Shown: positions 36,081-49,299 of the stretch, piece by piece | How positions within the stretch are numbered: position 1 is the first letter of the stretch | How the letters are laid out: the number at the start of each line of letters is the position of its first letter | DNA from: Felis catus | Taxonomy: Eukaryota | Assembly (NCBI RefSeq): GCF_018350175.1 | Contig: NC_058368.1 | Span: 177,570,001-177,634,000 of the forward strand | Direction of reading: 5' to 3' | Length of the DNA: 64,000 nucleotides | Notes under the pieces: model-generated | Database searches by the model: none | Told to the model about the DNA's origin: nothing | What the model saw: only the letters and a program-made list of their open reading frames with translations | Position numbers and translations under genes: made by a program

Positions 36081-39000
36081 AAAGCATAATAACTAATTCC
36101 AGCTTCACATACATTCTTCCATTAAGTCCTCAAAACAAGCAGAGTGATGGCCAGTAAGACCCCCATTAAGACCAGATAAACGGAAGCCCCGAGAACTGAC
36201 ATCACTCGCAGAAAATAAGCACCAGAGATGGGATTTCAGCTGTAGGCCCCGGCTACCGTCAACTCAACAGCAGGCAGGGGCGGGCCTGCTCCAGGCCGGC
36301 AAGAGCATAAAAAGCCCAGGTCAGTTTGGCCTCCAAAGACCTCAGACACGAGTCTCCCCTCCACCCCCACCCATCTGCTAAGCAAGGTCCCAGCTGCCCA
36401 GCAGGTGATACTTGCCCGTAGAACCAGTGCATCTTTCCCTGGGTCAGGTCGAACTGCTGGAATAAGACCACCCAGGCTTTTCCTGTTGCAGAGGAGATGG
36501 GGGGAGAGCCCCTCTGCCTCTCAAATATTCTGTCTTCTCCACCCTGAGGACTCCTCTCGATGCCGGAGGCAGGAGCCTCTCTGGTGCCACGGGACACAAA
36601 GGCTTCCTGACCTCACTTTCCCCCAGGCACCATTCTCGCCCATTTCTAGTCCTTACCCGACCCTGTACTTCTCTCTGGCAGCACCGAGCACACCAGAAAT
36701 CATCCACTCAAGTCTGTGTAATGCTTTATTTAGCGCCAATCTTCACCACTGGGCTTTGGGCTCCATGCAGGTGAGACGTGGCCTGTGTGTTCCCTGCCCC
36801 ATCCCCACCGAACCCAGTGTCTGGAATGGGCAGGAACCCACTAAACACTTGTTGAACGACTGACACACTGAGGCAACTAACATTTCCCGGGCACCTACCC
36901 TGTCCTAAGCGCTTTGCCTCCGTTTTCTCGTTGTGTTGTTGTAGCAGTGTTTTCAGGTTGGAATGGGCAGTCCCATTTTACAGACGGAAAAAGTGAGGCT
37001 CGGGGCCATAGTCACAGAAAGCACTGTGACATGGCCGTTCAGAGTGAGACCTTCTACCACTTGCTGTCTGCACAATCACAGGCAAATCCCACATCGGTAA
37101 GATGGAAGCAATTATCCTACCTTCCGCAAGGGGCTGTCGTGAGGACTCAAACAGAAAATGAGAGAGCGTGCTCTCAGCCCAGTCTCTGGAGCACAACGCC
37201 CTGGAACTATCACAGTTATGACCCTTCCTGACTGGTGCAGCTAATGAGTTCTGGCGCTGTGATCTAATTGCGTTGCGCGTTCTACTGCCCCAGAGAAAAG
37301 CAAGACAAAAGAGGGGCAGTGGTGGGGCCTGGATACCTGGCCTTTTGTAGGCTTCAGCCAGGTGAGCCTCCACATTGGACCTTTCCCTAAAAAGAAAGGC
37401 CTAGCTCTGCGGGTCCTGACTCAGTGGAGCCGGTAGGGCCAGCGGAGAGCCAGCTGGGAGCTTTAACTGCAAGGCTTAGTCATGCTAGCAGCCCAGGCTG
37501 AGGCTGAGGCTGAGTCTGGGGCCGACCGTGCTAAGGATTAACATGGGAGAGGAGAGAAAAGGGAGAACACACGGTCTAGACTTCTCTGCCCCCAGATCAG
37601 CCATCCATCTCTGTTCTTCCCCAGACCTGGAATAGAAGCTTTCTATTCCCTGGGAAAGGCATAGGACTCAGTGGATAAGTCCTCACAATGGAACCCCATC
37701 TCCAGGCGCCCCTCTAGCTCAACAAGCATAGTGGGAAAGACCCACAGGCTCTTGAGCTGGCCACACCTGAGGTCAAACCCCAAACTCATCATGCCCTCAC
37801 CCAGATGTGTGACCTCGGGCAGGTAGCTTGGGGCCTCAGTCTTATTCACAAAACAGGTAGGAAAAAACACACCATACCCCAGTTGCTCTGGGGATCAAAT
37901 AAAACTAACAAGAGAAATGCACTTGGTATGCAGTAGGCGCTCCATAGATGTCTGCTTCCACCCTCTGCTTCCACCTGTGTCTCCTGGTCCCCATCCCCCT
38001 CTAGGTCTCTCTTCCCAGCTCATTTCAGGGCAAGAGTTGGAAAGAACTAGGAGACCATCTTGGAAGGCAAGCCTCAGGCCCTGCAGAAGGGATCCAGGGC
38101 CAAACATAACATTAGATTATTAAAAATGTGGATTGTAAACACCAGCATAACTGGCCAGAACACAGTGGCCACCAGACCACAGCCCAGCTGCTCCTCATGC
38201 CCAGGGCCACACCTCCTGTTGCCCCCAGGTCTGGGATGTGCCCAGCTGCACAGGCACTGGGCACAGACTGGTGTGTTTTCCCTGAGCTGAGCCCGGGAGT
38301 CCTGGCCAAACCCTGTCCTCACAGTTAGAAGGCCTGGGCAACAATTACAGGGTCTGTGCTCAGAGGGGAAAGGGCCTCCCACCCCATCCCTGCCCTTGGC
38401 TGCCAGACAGGCTCTGAGGAGGTGACAAGAGACCCGGCCCCACAGGATCTCTAATTTAACAGTGCGGTACTTGGTAGAGCACACACAACAGGATGGGAAA
38501 CCCCACACCGCCAGTTAGTAGCTACGTGAGCTTGCGTAAGTCATTTTACCTCTCTGAACCCTAGTTCGGTTTCCTTATCTAGAAAAGGAGGACTTTAAGA
38601 GCCACCCCGTCCCCAGATGGTGGTGGTAGGGTTAGACGAGACAGTGCATGTAAAGCTCAATGCCTGGCAAAGTAAAAAAAGCACACCCCTAGTCCAGCCC
38701 CAAACTGGACAAGATCGAGGCTGGAGACCAAGGTCTCACCACGATTAGGAGCTCTCTGGTCACTGAAGTGGTCGCTTCATTAGCACCCAAAAGTGAGCAG
38801 CCTGCGTGCAGGGGTGAGTGAGCAAGCTTTGGAGACAAACAGCTAGCTGGCTCTGAACCCTAACCCCATCACGTCATGGTTGTCACTGCCCCAGCTGAGT
38901 TTCTGTGGTTCCAACTACAAATAACCTTGTTACCTAGTTCACTGGCCTCACCTCCTCATTCAAGGAATTATTGAAATGGTTATCAAGTACGTACATTGTG

Positions 39001-40867
39001 TGCAGCTCTAGAAGCCCTGGACCGATAGGGCTGGGCTCCTGTCCTCAGGGCTATTGTAGTGATTCAAGGAGATACTGTGTGGACAATGCCCGGCATTTGA
39101 CAAGGGCTCAGTAGGTTGTCTTTTCTTCATTAATTACTGCCTGCCTCTTTCCTCCTTTTCTTCCTCCCTTCGTCCCTTCTCCCTCTCTTTCTTTCTTCCT
39201 TCTCTCCTCCCTCCCTCCTACCAATGAGGCATGAATCAGACATTGGCCCTCTGGGAATAATTACATGGAGAATGGGGGTAGAGGGTCCAACCCCCTCCCC
39301 CCCCATTCCCCAAACAGGTGCCAAACCCTTCTTGGCAGGTGCAGACCAGGGCCTGGAAGGAAAAGACAAAGTCAGTGGCCGCAACAGGAGAAAGCGTTTT
39401 GAAAAACAACCCCCATGAGTTGCCTTCTAAATGACTGAAACTCTGGCTCGGAGACCTTGCTTGCCCCAAGTGCCTGGCCCTCAGCTCTGCAAGGCAAGGC
39501 AAGCAGGGGCCGGATGGCTCAGTGCCCCTCTCAGCAGTTTGTTCCAGCCCAGGGGCCCGGGAAAGCCCCTTCTGGGCAGGGGAAGATGCTGGTCACACCA
39601 CTGGGGCTGGCCCTGGGACTCCCCAAAGTCATGCCAGGGTCACGACCTCATACGGAATGGGGCTACGGGGCCCTCCCCGGCCAGGCTTGGCCTCACTGGC
39701 CCGCCCGCCCGGCGGCCTGTGTCACCGCCCAGCCTGGCTGAAACCTGAGCCAGAGATAGAGCCCCGGCCGAGCCAGCCAGTTATGTCTTAATGTAATTTA
39801 GCTGTAATCGCAGCGTGTTTTCCTTCGCTATAATTAGTAAAATGTGGTTGTTTTCTGTGTTCCTGGAAGATGTCTGAACTGGAGCCAGCTCCCCGTAGCT
39901 TTTCTGACAAGCTCTCCCAAACAGGCCCACCAGCACCACCGTAGGCTTACCAACACTTTTTTTTTACCCCTTAACCTGAGTCCTCCTGATTCTGGAGTTG
40001 GGGCCTCTCCCTCCTGGCCCCCGAGGACAGGCCCTTGGGCTCAGTACAGCTCTGGGCATGCTGTAAGTGCTCAATGAATGTGGGTGGGTGATTGAGCCAC
40101 CAACCCAGCAACAACAACAAAAAGACACGGAGGGAAGGGATTCCTGTTTTAGGAATTCCCCAAGATCCTCAGAGAAATGTGTACGTGTGTGTGTGCGTGG
40201 GTACACGCACACACGCTTGTGCAGTCGTCCACTTGTGGGTGTATCCTTGGGGGTCCACCTGCCTGTGACTCTAGGTCGCTATGTGTCCAGCTGACGATGC
40301 TGGAGCCCTTGAGTTTGAATATGAGTACTCTGGGGGGTTGGGGGCCTCCTGGAGAGTGCCAGAACTGACCCTGAATGTTCTGGCCACGGTGTGGGAGGTC
40401 CCCACAAGGCAAAGGATGTGGAGCACCCAAGCCCTACTGTCCTGTAACCCATTTCTTACAGCCCCTGCCTTGGATTCTAATTAGGTACAGTCTTTCCTCC
40501 TTTCATTCAGCCATTCAACAAACATTTATTGGGCCCTACTGTGTGTCATCACGTATCACTCTTAGTGGTTCTCCATTGAGTCTCCCTATAACATCTCACT
40601 CCCCCACTTAGCCATGAGTTCAATGAGCATTTGTTAAATAATTACATGGGCTAGACGGTGGGGTTTTGTGTCTGTTTGTTGGCATGAAGGGTCAAGATTC
40701 AGATTTTCTGCCTTTGTCAAAGTCTTTTCCAAAGAGAGGTATATTTAAGATAGATAGATTTTCAGATTTTGTATTATTATTTGATCCATCACTAAGTAAA
40801 ATAAAGTGATAATAGCACTCACCTCATAGACTTCTTGTTTACCGTTCACGTTAAAGTCGTTAGCACA

Positions 40868-41069
40868 AGGATGCCTGGGTGTCTCTGTCAGTTAAGCTTT
40901 CGAATTCTGCTCAGGTCATGATCTCACGGTTCGTGAACTCAAGCCCCACATCAGGCCGTCTGCTATCAGCACAGAGCCTGCTTCGGATACTCTGTCTCCC
41001 TCTCTCTCTCTCTCTCTCTCTCTGCCCTACCCCACTCTCTCTCAAAAATAAACATTAAAAATAAATAAA
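40868..41069 (+). mobile_element. Can-SINE inserted in a MIR
   Basis: TSD taaagtcgttagcaca/taaagtccctagcaca. Confidence 0.93.
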
Positions 41070-41229
41070 TAAAGTCCCTAGCACAGTACCTGGAACACAG
41101 GAAGTACTCGTTAAATATCAGTAATGCCAATTACTATTTCACGGAAGTGGTAGGGCAGTTGGGATCATGGACCCCTCACCACCGTGTGACCTCACACTGG
41201 TGACTTAACCTCTCTGAAAGCATTTTGAA

Positions 41230-41439
41230 TTTTTTTAAAATGCTTATTTGTTTTTGAGACAGAGGGAGACAGAGCACGAACGGGGGAGGGTCAGAGAGAG
41301 GGAGACACAGAATCGGAAGCAGGCTCCAGGCTCTGAGCCATCAGCACAGAGCCCGACGCGGGGCTTGAACTCACGGACTGTGAGATCATGACCTGAGCCG
41401 AAGTCGGATGCTCAACCGACTGAGCTACCCAGGCTCCCC
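41230..41439 (-). mobile_element. Can-SINE
   Basis: reverse body; TSD core agcattttgaa/agcgttttgaa. Confidence 0.95.
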
Positions 41440-42435
41440 TGAGCGTTTTGAACGTGATTTACTGTGTAAGTGCTTCCTAAATGTAAATGGTTATGTCAGT
41501 AATTGTGTGGGCTTTACTCTCAATGAACTTGTAATTCTTAGGAAGTGCCCCTGTCAACCACTTCTCTTGAGCCCCTTCAGTTCTGTCATTGGCAGAAATC
41601 AACTACAAGCTGGGCCCCACCAGATTCTGTAGCGCAGGAATGCTGAGCTCTGGTTGGCTGAATTTGCCTAAACTCTGAGTGTCCTGATTGGCTGGAACAC
41701 GAGTAGGTGTAGCCCATTCTCCAGCGCTTCTTTAGCAGTAATTCTCGGAGCGTGATTTCAGACCTTGGGCGTGTCCTTTTACCTGGGTTGTTCTTCTTTT
41801 TATCTCTTCTCAGGAGATCTCACCAATGCCCAGCTCTACAATTTCCGCGGACAAATCCCCCCAAAACACATTTCCTCTTACAAAACGCGTAAAGGGTGTG
41901 GCATTTACCCCACGGCATTTGCAGGACCGAAGCGGGAACGTGCTTGTGTGTAAGGATGCAGAGTTGCACATTCTCACGTTAGGCAGGAGGGTGTTCCTGG
42001 GGTCCTGGCGTCAGGCCCCTGGTCACATGAGGAACCTCTAGTTCTTGCAAAAGGACACTTTCCTCTGCCAAGCCCTCCTCTGGCCAGGCACAGAGGTTCG
42101 TTTTCGAACCGTGAAACATAACGGGGAATTCTTCCATACCCTGTACCATGTCTCAGACCTGGAAGTGGCCACACTTTTTCATTCATTCATTTATTTTTCG
42201 CTCACTCGCTGGGCTTGAAATGCTGTTCTGAACTCTCAGCAGATAGTTAGAAGAGGTACAGCATCAAGGTAATGCTACTGAGAGAATATACAATGTGAAA
42301 TGACTTTAAAGGTGAAACAGAGGGCAGCAAAAGGCCACCGAAATGTGAAAAAATTCTTCACGTCACCAGTAATCATAAAACTCTAGGTTTGAAGAAGATG
42401 AATTTTTTTTGGGGGGGGGGGAGGGCTCTTCTTTT

Positions 42436-42872
42436 TTTGTTAACTTCACTTATTTTTTTTATTAAAAATTTTTTTTCAACGTTTATTTATTTTTGGGACA
42501 GAGAGAGACAGAGCATGAACGGGGGAGGGGCAGAGAGAGGGAGACACAGAATCGGAAACAGGCTCCAGGCTCTGAGCCATCAGCTCAGAGCCTGACGCGG
42601 GGCTCGAACTCACGGACCGCGAGATCGTGACCTGGCTGAAGTCGGATGCTTAACCGACTGCGCCACCCAGGTGCCCCTACTTATTTATTTTGAGAGAGAG
42701 CGTGGTGGGGGGAGAGGGGCAGATAGAGAGGGAGAGAAAGAATCCCAAGTAGGCTCCACACTGCCAGCGTGAACCCCTATGGGGGGGTTGGAGCTCACGA
42801 AATGTTGAGATCATGACCTGCGCCAAAATTGAAAAGTCAGATGCTTAACCCACTCAGCCACCCAGAAGCCCC
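42436..42872 (-). mobile_element. Older Can-SINE, interrupted by a younger one
   Basis: outer TSD gggctcttctttt (42423-42435) / ggcctcttctttt (42873-42885). Confidence 0.88.
42456..42677 (-). mobile_element. Young CpG-rich SINEC_Fc nested in a SINE tail
   Basis: ggaccgcgagatcgtgacctggctgaagtcgga...ctgcgccacccagg; TSD acttattt on both sides. Confidence 0.95.
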
Positions 42873-43557
42873 GGCCTCTTCTTTTGATAAAAATGTAAAA
42901 GGTTGATATTAGTATGGAGAGCATAAGAAAACAGGACCTTTCGTATAGTATTAAGGGAATGCAAATTGAATAAACATTTTTGGAAAATAGTTGAGCAAGT
43001 TCACACCCAGCATTCATCTCAAAGTAAAACTTGGGCAAACACACAAAGATACGAATTTTTATAGTATTTATAAGAAATTTAAAATAATACAAATGATTAT
43101 CAAGAGAGGATTGACTAAATAAATTATGGTACAATATTCACCCAATGAAGAGAAAGGAGGGGTGTTGATGACAATGAAAGATGTTTGAAACAAAATAATG
43201 TAAAAAATAAGTTGTAGAAAAGTCTACAGTGCATATAATACTAATGTAGATAAAACATAGATATTTTATAAAACATTCCCAAAGAATATATGCTTCTCTT
43301 GATAGTTATTCATTGATGGAATGGTTTTTTAATCAATAAACTTTATTTATTAGAGCAGGCTTAGGTTCACAGAAAAATTGAGCGGAAAGTACAGAGTTCT
43401 CATCCACCCCCACCCTTCCCCAGACAGGCATAACCTCCCTGATGTCAACATTTGTTACAATTGTTCCAATGGTGAAGGTACATTGACAGCTATTTATTAT
43501 CTTAAGTCCATAGTTTACATTAGGGTTCACTCTTGGTGTTGTCCATTCTATAGATTT

Positions 43558-43771
43558 AAAAAAAATTTTAAACGTTTATTTATTATTAAGAGACAGAGAC
43601 AGAGCATGAGCACTGGAGGGGCAGAGAGAGGAGGAGACACAGAATCCGAAGCAGGCTCCAGGCTCCAAGCTGTCAGCACAGAGCCCGACGTGGGGCTCGA
43701 ACCCACAAACCTTGAGATCATGACCCAAGCCAAAGTTGGACGCTTAACCGACTGAGCCACCCAGGCGCCCC
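43558..43771 (-). mobile_element. Can-SINE in L1
   Basis: TSD ccattctatagattt/ccattctatgtattt. Confidence 0.95.
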
Positions 43772-44559
43772 CCATTCTATGTATTTTAACAGCTGCATGG
43801 TGACATGTATCCACCATTAGAATATCACACACGGTAGTTTTACTGCCCTAAACATCCTCCATGTTCCACCTGTTCATCCCTCCCCTTCCCTGGTTCCTGG
43901 CAATCACTAACTTTTTTCCAGAATGTCATATAGTTGGAATTGCATAGTACGTAAGCTTTTCAGAGTGGCTTCTTTCACTTAGTCATAGCATTTAAGATTC
44001 CCACATGTCTTTTCACGGCTTGCTAGCTCATTTCTTTTTAGCGTTGAATAATATTCCACTCTACGGACGTACACCATTTAGTGATCCATTTGCCTACTGA
44101 AGGACATCTTGGTTTCCTCTAAGTTTTGGAAATTATGAAAAAAGCTTCTGAGAACGTTCATGTGCAGGTTTTTGTGCGAACATACGCTTTCAGATCATGT
44201 GGGGAAGTATCAAAGAGCACAATTGTAGTCATATGGCAAGAGTATGTTAAGTTTTATGAGAAGCTTCCAAACTGTGTTCTGTAGTGGTTGTACTGTTTTG
44301 CATTCCCACCAGCAACGAATGAGTTCCTGTTGCTTCACATCCTTGCCAGTACTTGGTGTTGTGTTTTGGATTTTGCCACTCTCACATGTGTGTAGTATTA
44401 TCTCATCGCCATTTTAACTTGCAATTCCCTAATGATACATGATGTTGAACATCTTTTCATGGGCTTAACTGTCATCTGTATATCTGCTTCGGTGAGATGT
44501 TTGTTCGGCAGATCTAGTGACCATTTTTTAATTGGTTCATTTCCTTATTATTGAGTTTT

Positions 44560-44776
44560 TTTTAAATATTGATTTATTTTTGAGAGAGAGAGAAAGAGAG
44601 AGAGACAGACAAGTGGGAGAGGGACAGAGAAAGAGAGGGAGACACAGAATGTGAAGCAGGCTCCAGGCTCTGAGCTGTCAGCACAGAACCCGATGTGGGG
44701 CTCGAACCCACGAACCATGAGATCACCACCTGAGCCAAAGCTGGACACTTAACTGACTGAGCCACCCAAGTGCCCC
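44560..44776 (-). mobile_element. Can-SINE in L1
   Basis: TSD cttattattgagtttt on both sides. Confidence 0.95.
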
Positions 44777-45124
44777 ATCTTATTATTGAGTTTTAAGAGT
44801 TCTTTCTATATTTTGGGCAACAGTCCTTCATCAGTTGTGTATGTTACAAATATTCTCTCCCAGTCTGTGGCTTATCTTCTCGTTCTCTTGACATTGTCTT
44901 TCACAAAACAGAAGCTTTGATTTTAATAAGATACATCTTATCAGTGATTCCTTTCATGGATTGTACCTTTGGTGTTACATCTAAAAAGTCATCGTCATAC
45001 CCAAGGTTATCTAGGGTTTCTCCTATGCTCCCTTCTAAGAGTTTTATGGTTTCACATTTTACATTTAGGTCTATGATCAATTTTGAGTTGATTTTTGTGA
45101 AGGGTATAAGAGCTGTGTTTGGAT

Positions 45125-45158
<34 letters not shown>

Positions 45159-45466
45159 ATGTGAATGTCCAGCTGTTCCAGCACCATTTGTTGAAAAGGC
45201 TATCTTTGCTTCATTTCATCACCTTTGCTCCTTTGTCAAAGATCAGTTGACTTGTCATGTGGGTCTATTTCTGGGTTCTCTGCTGTGTTCCGTTGATCTC
45301 TTTGTTCTTTCAGCAATAACACAGTGTCTTGATTACTGTGGATTTATGGTAAGTCTTGAAATTGGGTAGTGTCTGCCCTCCAACTCTGTTCCTCTTCAAT
45401 ACTGAGTTGGCTATTCTTATTTTGAATAAAGTGTTACCTGATAGATCAATTAAAAATAAGAAAATA

Positions 45467-45689
45467 GGGGCGCCTGGGTGGCTCAGTCGGTTGGGCGTCT
45501 GACTTCGGCTCAGGTCATGATCTCACGGTTCATGGGTTCAAGCCCCACGTCGGGCTCTGTGCTGACAACTCAGAGCCTGGAGCCTGCTTTGAATTCTGTG
45601 TCTCCCTCTCTCTCTCTGCCCCTTCCCTACTCACGTTCTGTCTCTCTCTGTCTCTCAAAAATAAATAAAGATTGAAAAAAATTTTAAAG
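45467..45689 (+). mobile_element. Can-SINE in L1
   Basis: TSD aataagaaaata on both sides. Confidence 0.95.
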
Positions 45690-47499
45690 AATAAGAAAAT
45701 AAAAGATTGTTTGCCATCACTTATTCTCCAATGCTCTTCTTTTCTTTATGTAGAATGAGTTTCTGACCTACATCATTTTCCTTCCCTCTGAAAAAGTTTT
45801 CTTAGCATTGCTTGCAAGCCAGGTTTACTGGCACCAAATTCCCTTATTGTTTGTCTGAGAAAGTCATTATTCCTCTTCATTTCTGAAGGACAATTTCACA
45901 TAATGTAGAATTCTAGGTGGGTGGGGTCTTTCTCCCCACACTTTAAATATTTCTCTCCACTTGCATGCATGGTTCCTGAGGAGAAATCTGATCCAATTCT
46001 TATCTTTGTTCCTCCTCTGGCTTCTTTCAGGATTTTTTTTCTTTATCTTTCATTTTCCGAAGTTTGAGTCTCATGTGACTAGCTATAGCTTCTTGGCATT
46101 TATTCTGCTTCATGTTCTCTGAGCTTCCTGGATCTGTGGCTTGGTGTCTGGCATTAATTTGGGGGAAACTCTCAGCCCTTATTCCTTCAAATCTTGCTTC
46201 TGTCTGTTTCTTTCTTTCCTTTTCTTCTGGCATTCCCACTGTGGTATGTTACAACTTTTGTAATTGCCCCCACAGTTCTTGGATATTCTGTTCTGGGTTT
46301 ATTTAATTTTTTTAGTGTTTTTTCCTCTTTGCTTTTCAGTTTGGGAAGTTTCTATTGTCATACCCTCAAGCTCAGAGACTCTTTCCTCAGCCATCTCCAG
46401 TCTACTAATGAGTATCATTTCTCTTGGTGTTTTTGGCCTCTAGCATTTCTTTTTCTTTCTTCCTTAAAATTTCCATCCCTCTGCTCACCTTATCCATGTG
46501 TTCTTGCATGTGGTCCGCTTTTTCCCTGAAAGACCTTAGCATATTAATCATAGATTTTTTTTTTTATCCCAACATCCCTGTCATATCTGACTTGGGTTCT
46601 GATGCTTGCTCAGTCTCTTGAAGCTGTCTTTTGCCTTTTAGTATGCCTTGTAATTCTTTGTTGGAAAGCAGACATGATGTTCTGGACAAAAGGAATTGCA
46701 GTAAATAGGCCTTTAAGTAATGAGGTGGTAAGGTGGGGGAAGGGAGATATTCTATAGCCCTATGATTAGGTCTAAACCTATGTCCCTGGACTTGTGAAAT
46801 TCACCAGTGCCTCTCAGTTTTTCCTCCCTTAGGTGGGACAGGATGGCTGGGGCGATAGAGTTATGTATTTCCCTTTCCTCACCCGGAAGGTCAGAAAAAC
46901 CGGAGTTGGAGACTTCCCTTCCTCTGAGTCAGTTAGGTTCTGATAAAATTCCAAAAGGCTAAGCTCTGGTAAAATAATTTCTCTGGAGGACAAGCCTGTT
47001 AAGAAAAACAGTCTTCTGGCATATCTCAAAATGGTTCCTTTCCTTGTGCCCCTGCTAGAAGGATGAGGAGTTTTTCTGAGCTGTGAGGAGGACCTTGTCC
47101 AGCTCCCAGGACTAACACTGACAAAAGTGTGGGGTCTCTCGGTGACTGAGTTGCCCTGATGTTTTTTAATGCTCAGAACTATCCACCCTGATCCCCCAGG
47201 GGTTCATCTATTACAGTTTTGGTTCTCCCACCACAGTACTGGGTCCTGTGGAGACTTCTGCTCATGGTTTTCTGCTCCAGGAAGTTGTGACTCTCTGTAG
47301 CCACCTGCCTGTCTCTCCCAGTTTGGGGGCAGCAGTTTTCCCTGCGACCTCACTTCTCTGAAAGATTCAAGAAGAGTTGTTGATTTTTCAGTTTTTCACT
47401 TGTTAGGATGGAGTGGGGACTTCTAAACTCTTTACATGCTGGGCCAGAAATTGAAAGTCCCTGATGGGATGATTTTAAAGAGTATTTTTGCTTTCCATC

Positions 47500-47893
47500 T
47501 GTATTAGTCAGGGTTTTCCAGACAAACAGAACCAATACGATGTATAGAGAGAGAAAGAGATTTATTTTAAGGAATTGGCTCGCACGATTATGGAAGCTGG
47601 CAAGGCCAAAATCTGTGGGGTGGGATGGCAGGCTGGAGACTCAGATAAGAGCCAATGTTGCAGTTCAAGTCCAAAGGCTGTTTGCTTCAGAATTCCCTCA
47701 GGCTCAGAGAAGCTCATTCTTTTCAGGTCTATGCAGGCCTTCAACTGATTGAAGAGTCCTGCCCACAGTATGGAGGGTATCCGCATTATTCAAATTCCAC
47801 CACTTTAAATGGTAATCTCATCCAAAAACACCCTCAGCGTAATATCCAGAATAATGTGGCCCAGCCAAATTGACAATAAAATTAACCATCACA
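47500..47893 (-). mobile_element. MLT2 (ERVL) solo LTR
   Basis: tgtattagtcagggttttccagac...aaaattaaccatcaca; 5-bp TSD ccatc/ccatt. Confidence 0.9.
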
Positions 47894-49299
47894 CCATTTT
47901 TATAAGATCACATTTGCTCGCAATGTTTACAGTGTGTCTATTTTGCTTATAATCAGAAGGAAAAAAAAAGAATACAACAAAATTAAATGCACTAAAGTGT
48001 GGTAAATCATATATTTAAAATTCTAGGCTTCTCTACATGAGAATCCCAGGTGGGAAGACACTCCAGTGAGTAAGGAATATGAACTTGATGCCTTCTGTTT
48101 TGGTTGCCCAGACACGCTTGCTTTTGCTTCCTTCCAAGTTGTCCTCTGTGTCCAGATACACGAGGCGCCATTTTTGAGGGAAAATGTTCCATCTGGAGCT
48201 GGAAACTGTTGGTGGAGCTCGGTCGGGATCAGGCAACAGGACCAAAGAAAGAGGAGGGTGGTGTAAACACACGGAAGCACAGCAAGGAAAAGCATGGAGG
48301 AGGGAGGGAGGGACTGGCTGAGGGAAGGAAGGCAGAAAATAGCGTTCAGTAAATTGGAGCAGACGGGCAACTGCACCACACTTCGCAGAGCTGGTGTGGA
48401 AAGGAGGGTCCCAAGGGTGCCAGGGCCGTAGTCAATGTGCCAAAGGGTGTCCCAAGGACGTCCCTTCAGGTGACTCCCCAAAATTCTCATTTCCCAAACA
48501 TGGGTCTCGCCAGGTCTCAACCCCCTTCCACCCATTTTAAGACTTTTACTGACTCCCTATTGCTCTCAGAAGAAAGCCTCAACCGCATAGCCTGACATTC
48601 AAAGCCATGGTGGTGTGGCTCCAGGTTTCCCCAGCAGTATCTCCTGAGGCAGCCACTCCGTGAATGCCCACCAGTCCCCTCGGCCTCGAAGTCTTTCCAA
48701 CACCCCCAGCACCCTTGAGTGAGTCATCCCTCCCTCTGGGCTCAGACCGAAATTTCCACCGCCGTGTGCAATGACTTGGGTCGTTGTGTCTGCCTCCTCC
48801 TAACACTGTGCCCCTGGGGTCAGGGATCGTATGGCAGTTATTCTGACATCCCTGATGGCAGCCTGTGCCATAGGCATGTGTTGCGTGTTTTGAAGTCACT
48901 TACCCACCCCTGTCTCCCCCACCTATCCCCCCCCCACCACACACACAGGCTACACCCACCACCACGGTCACTGTACATGGACCACACGCTTAACTGGGTA
49001 GCAGAGTGGAGAGAGGGCACACGGAATGCCACCAACGCCAGCTCTCAGGTTCTGTGTGTTTGCCATGTGCCAGGCATGTTTCTAAACACTGCACATGAAT
49101 TATCTCATTTGATTTTCATTAAGAACTTTATAAGGTCAGCACCAGGATGAACCCCTTTTATAGATGGTGAAATGGAGGCTGGGAAAGTTGTCTTTGCCCC
49201 AAATCACATAGGCGGGGCTGGTGGGGCCCGGATTTGTAACCCCTGCTATTTGACCTCATAGCCCACACTGTTAAGCAGTAGACTCCATAAACTCACAGA

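Larger units (their letters stand above)
43329..47461 (-). mobile_element. L1MC-like LINE with 5' UTR, ORF1 remnant and 3' end, a large ORF2 deletion and three SINE insertions
   Basis: 3' end taggttcacagaaaaattgagcggaaagtacagag; ORF1-like GMPEEKERKKQTEARFEGIRAESFPQI (46027-46239); imperfect TSD tgatggaatggtttt/tgatgggatgatttt. Confidence 0.85.
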
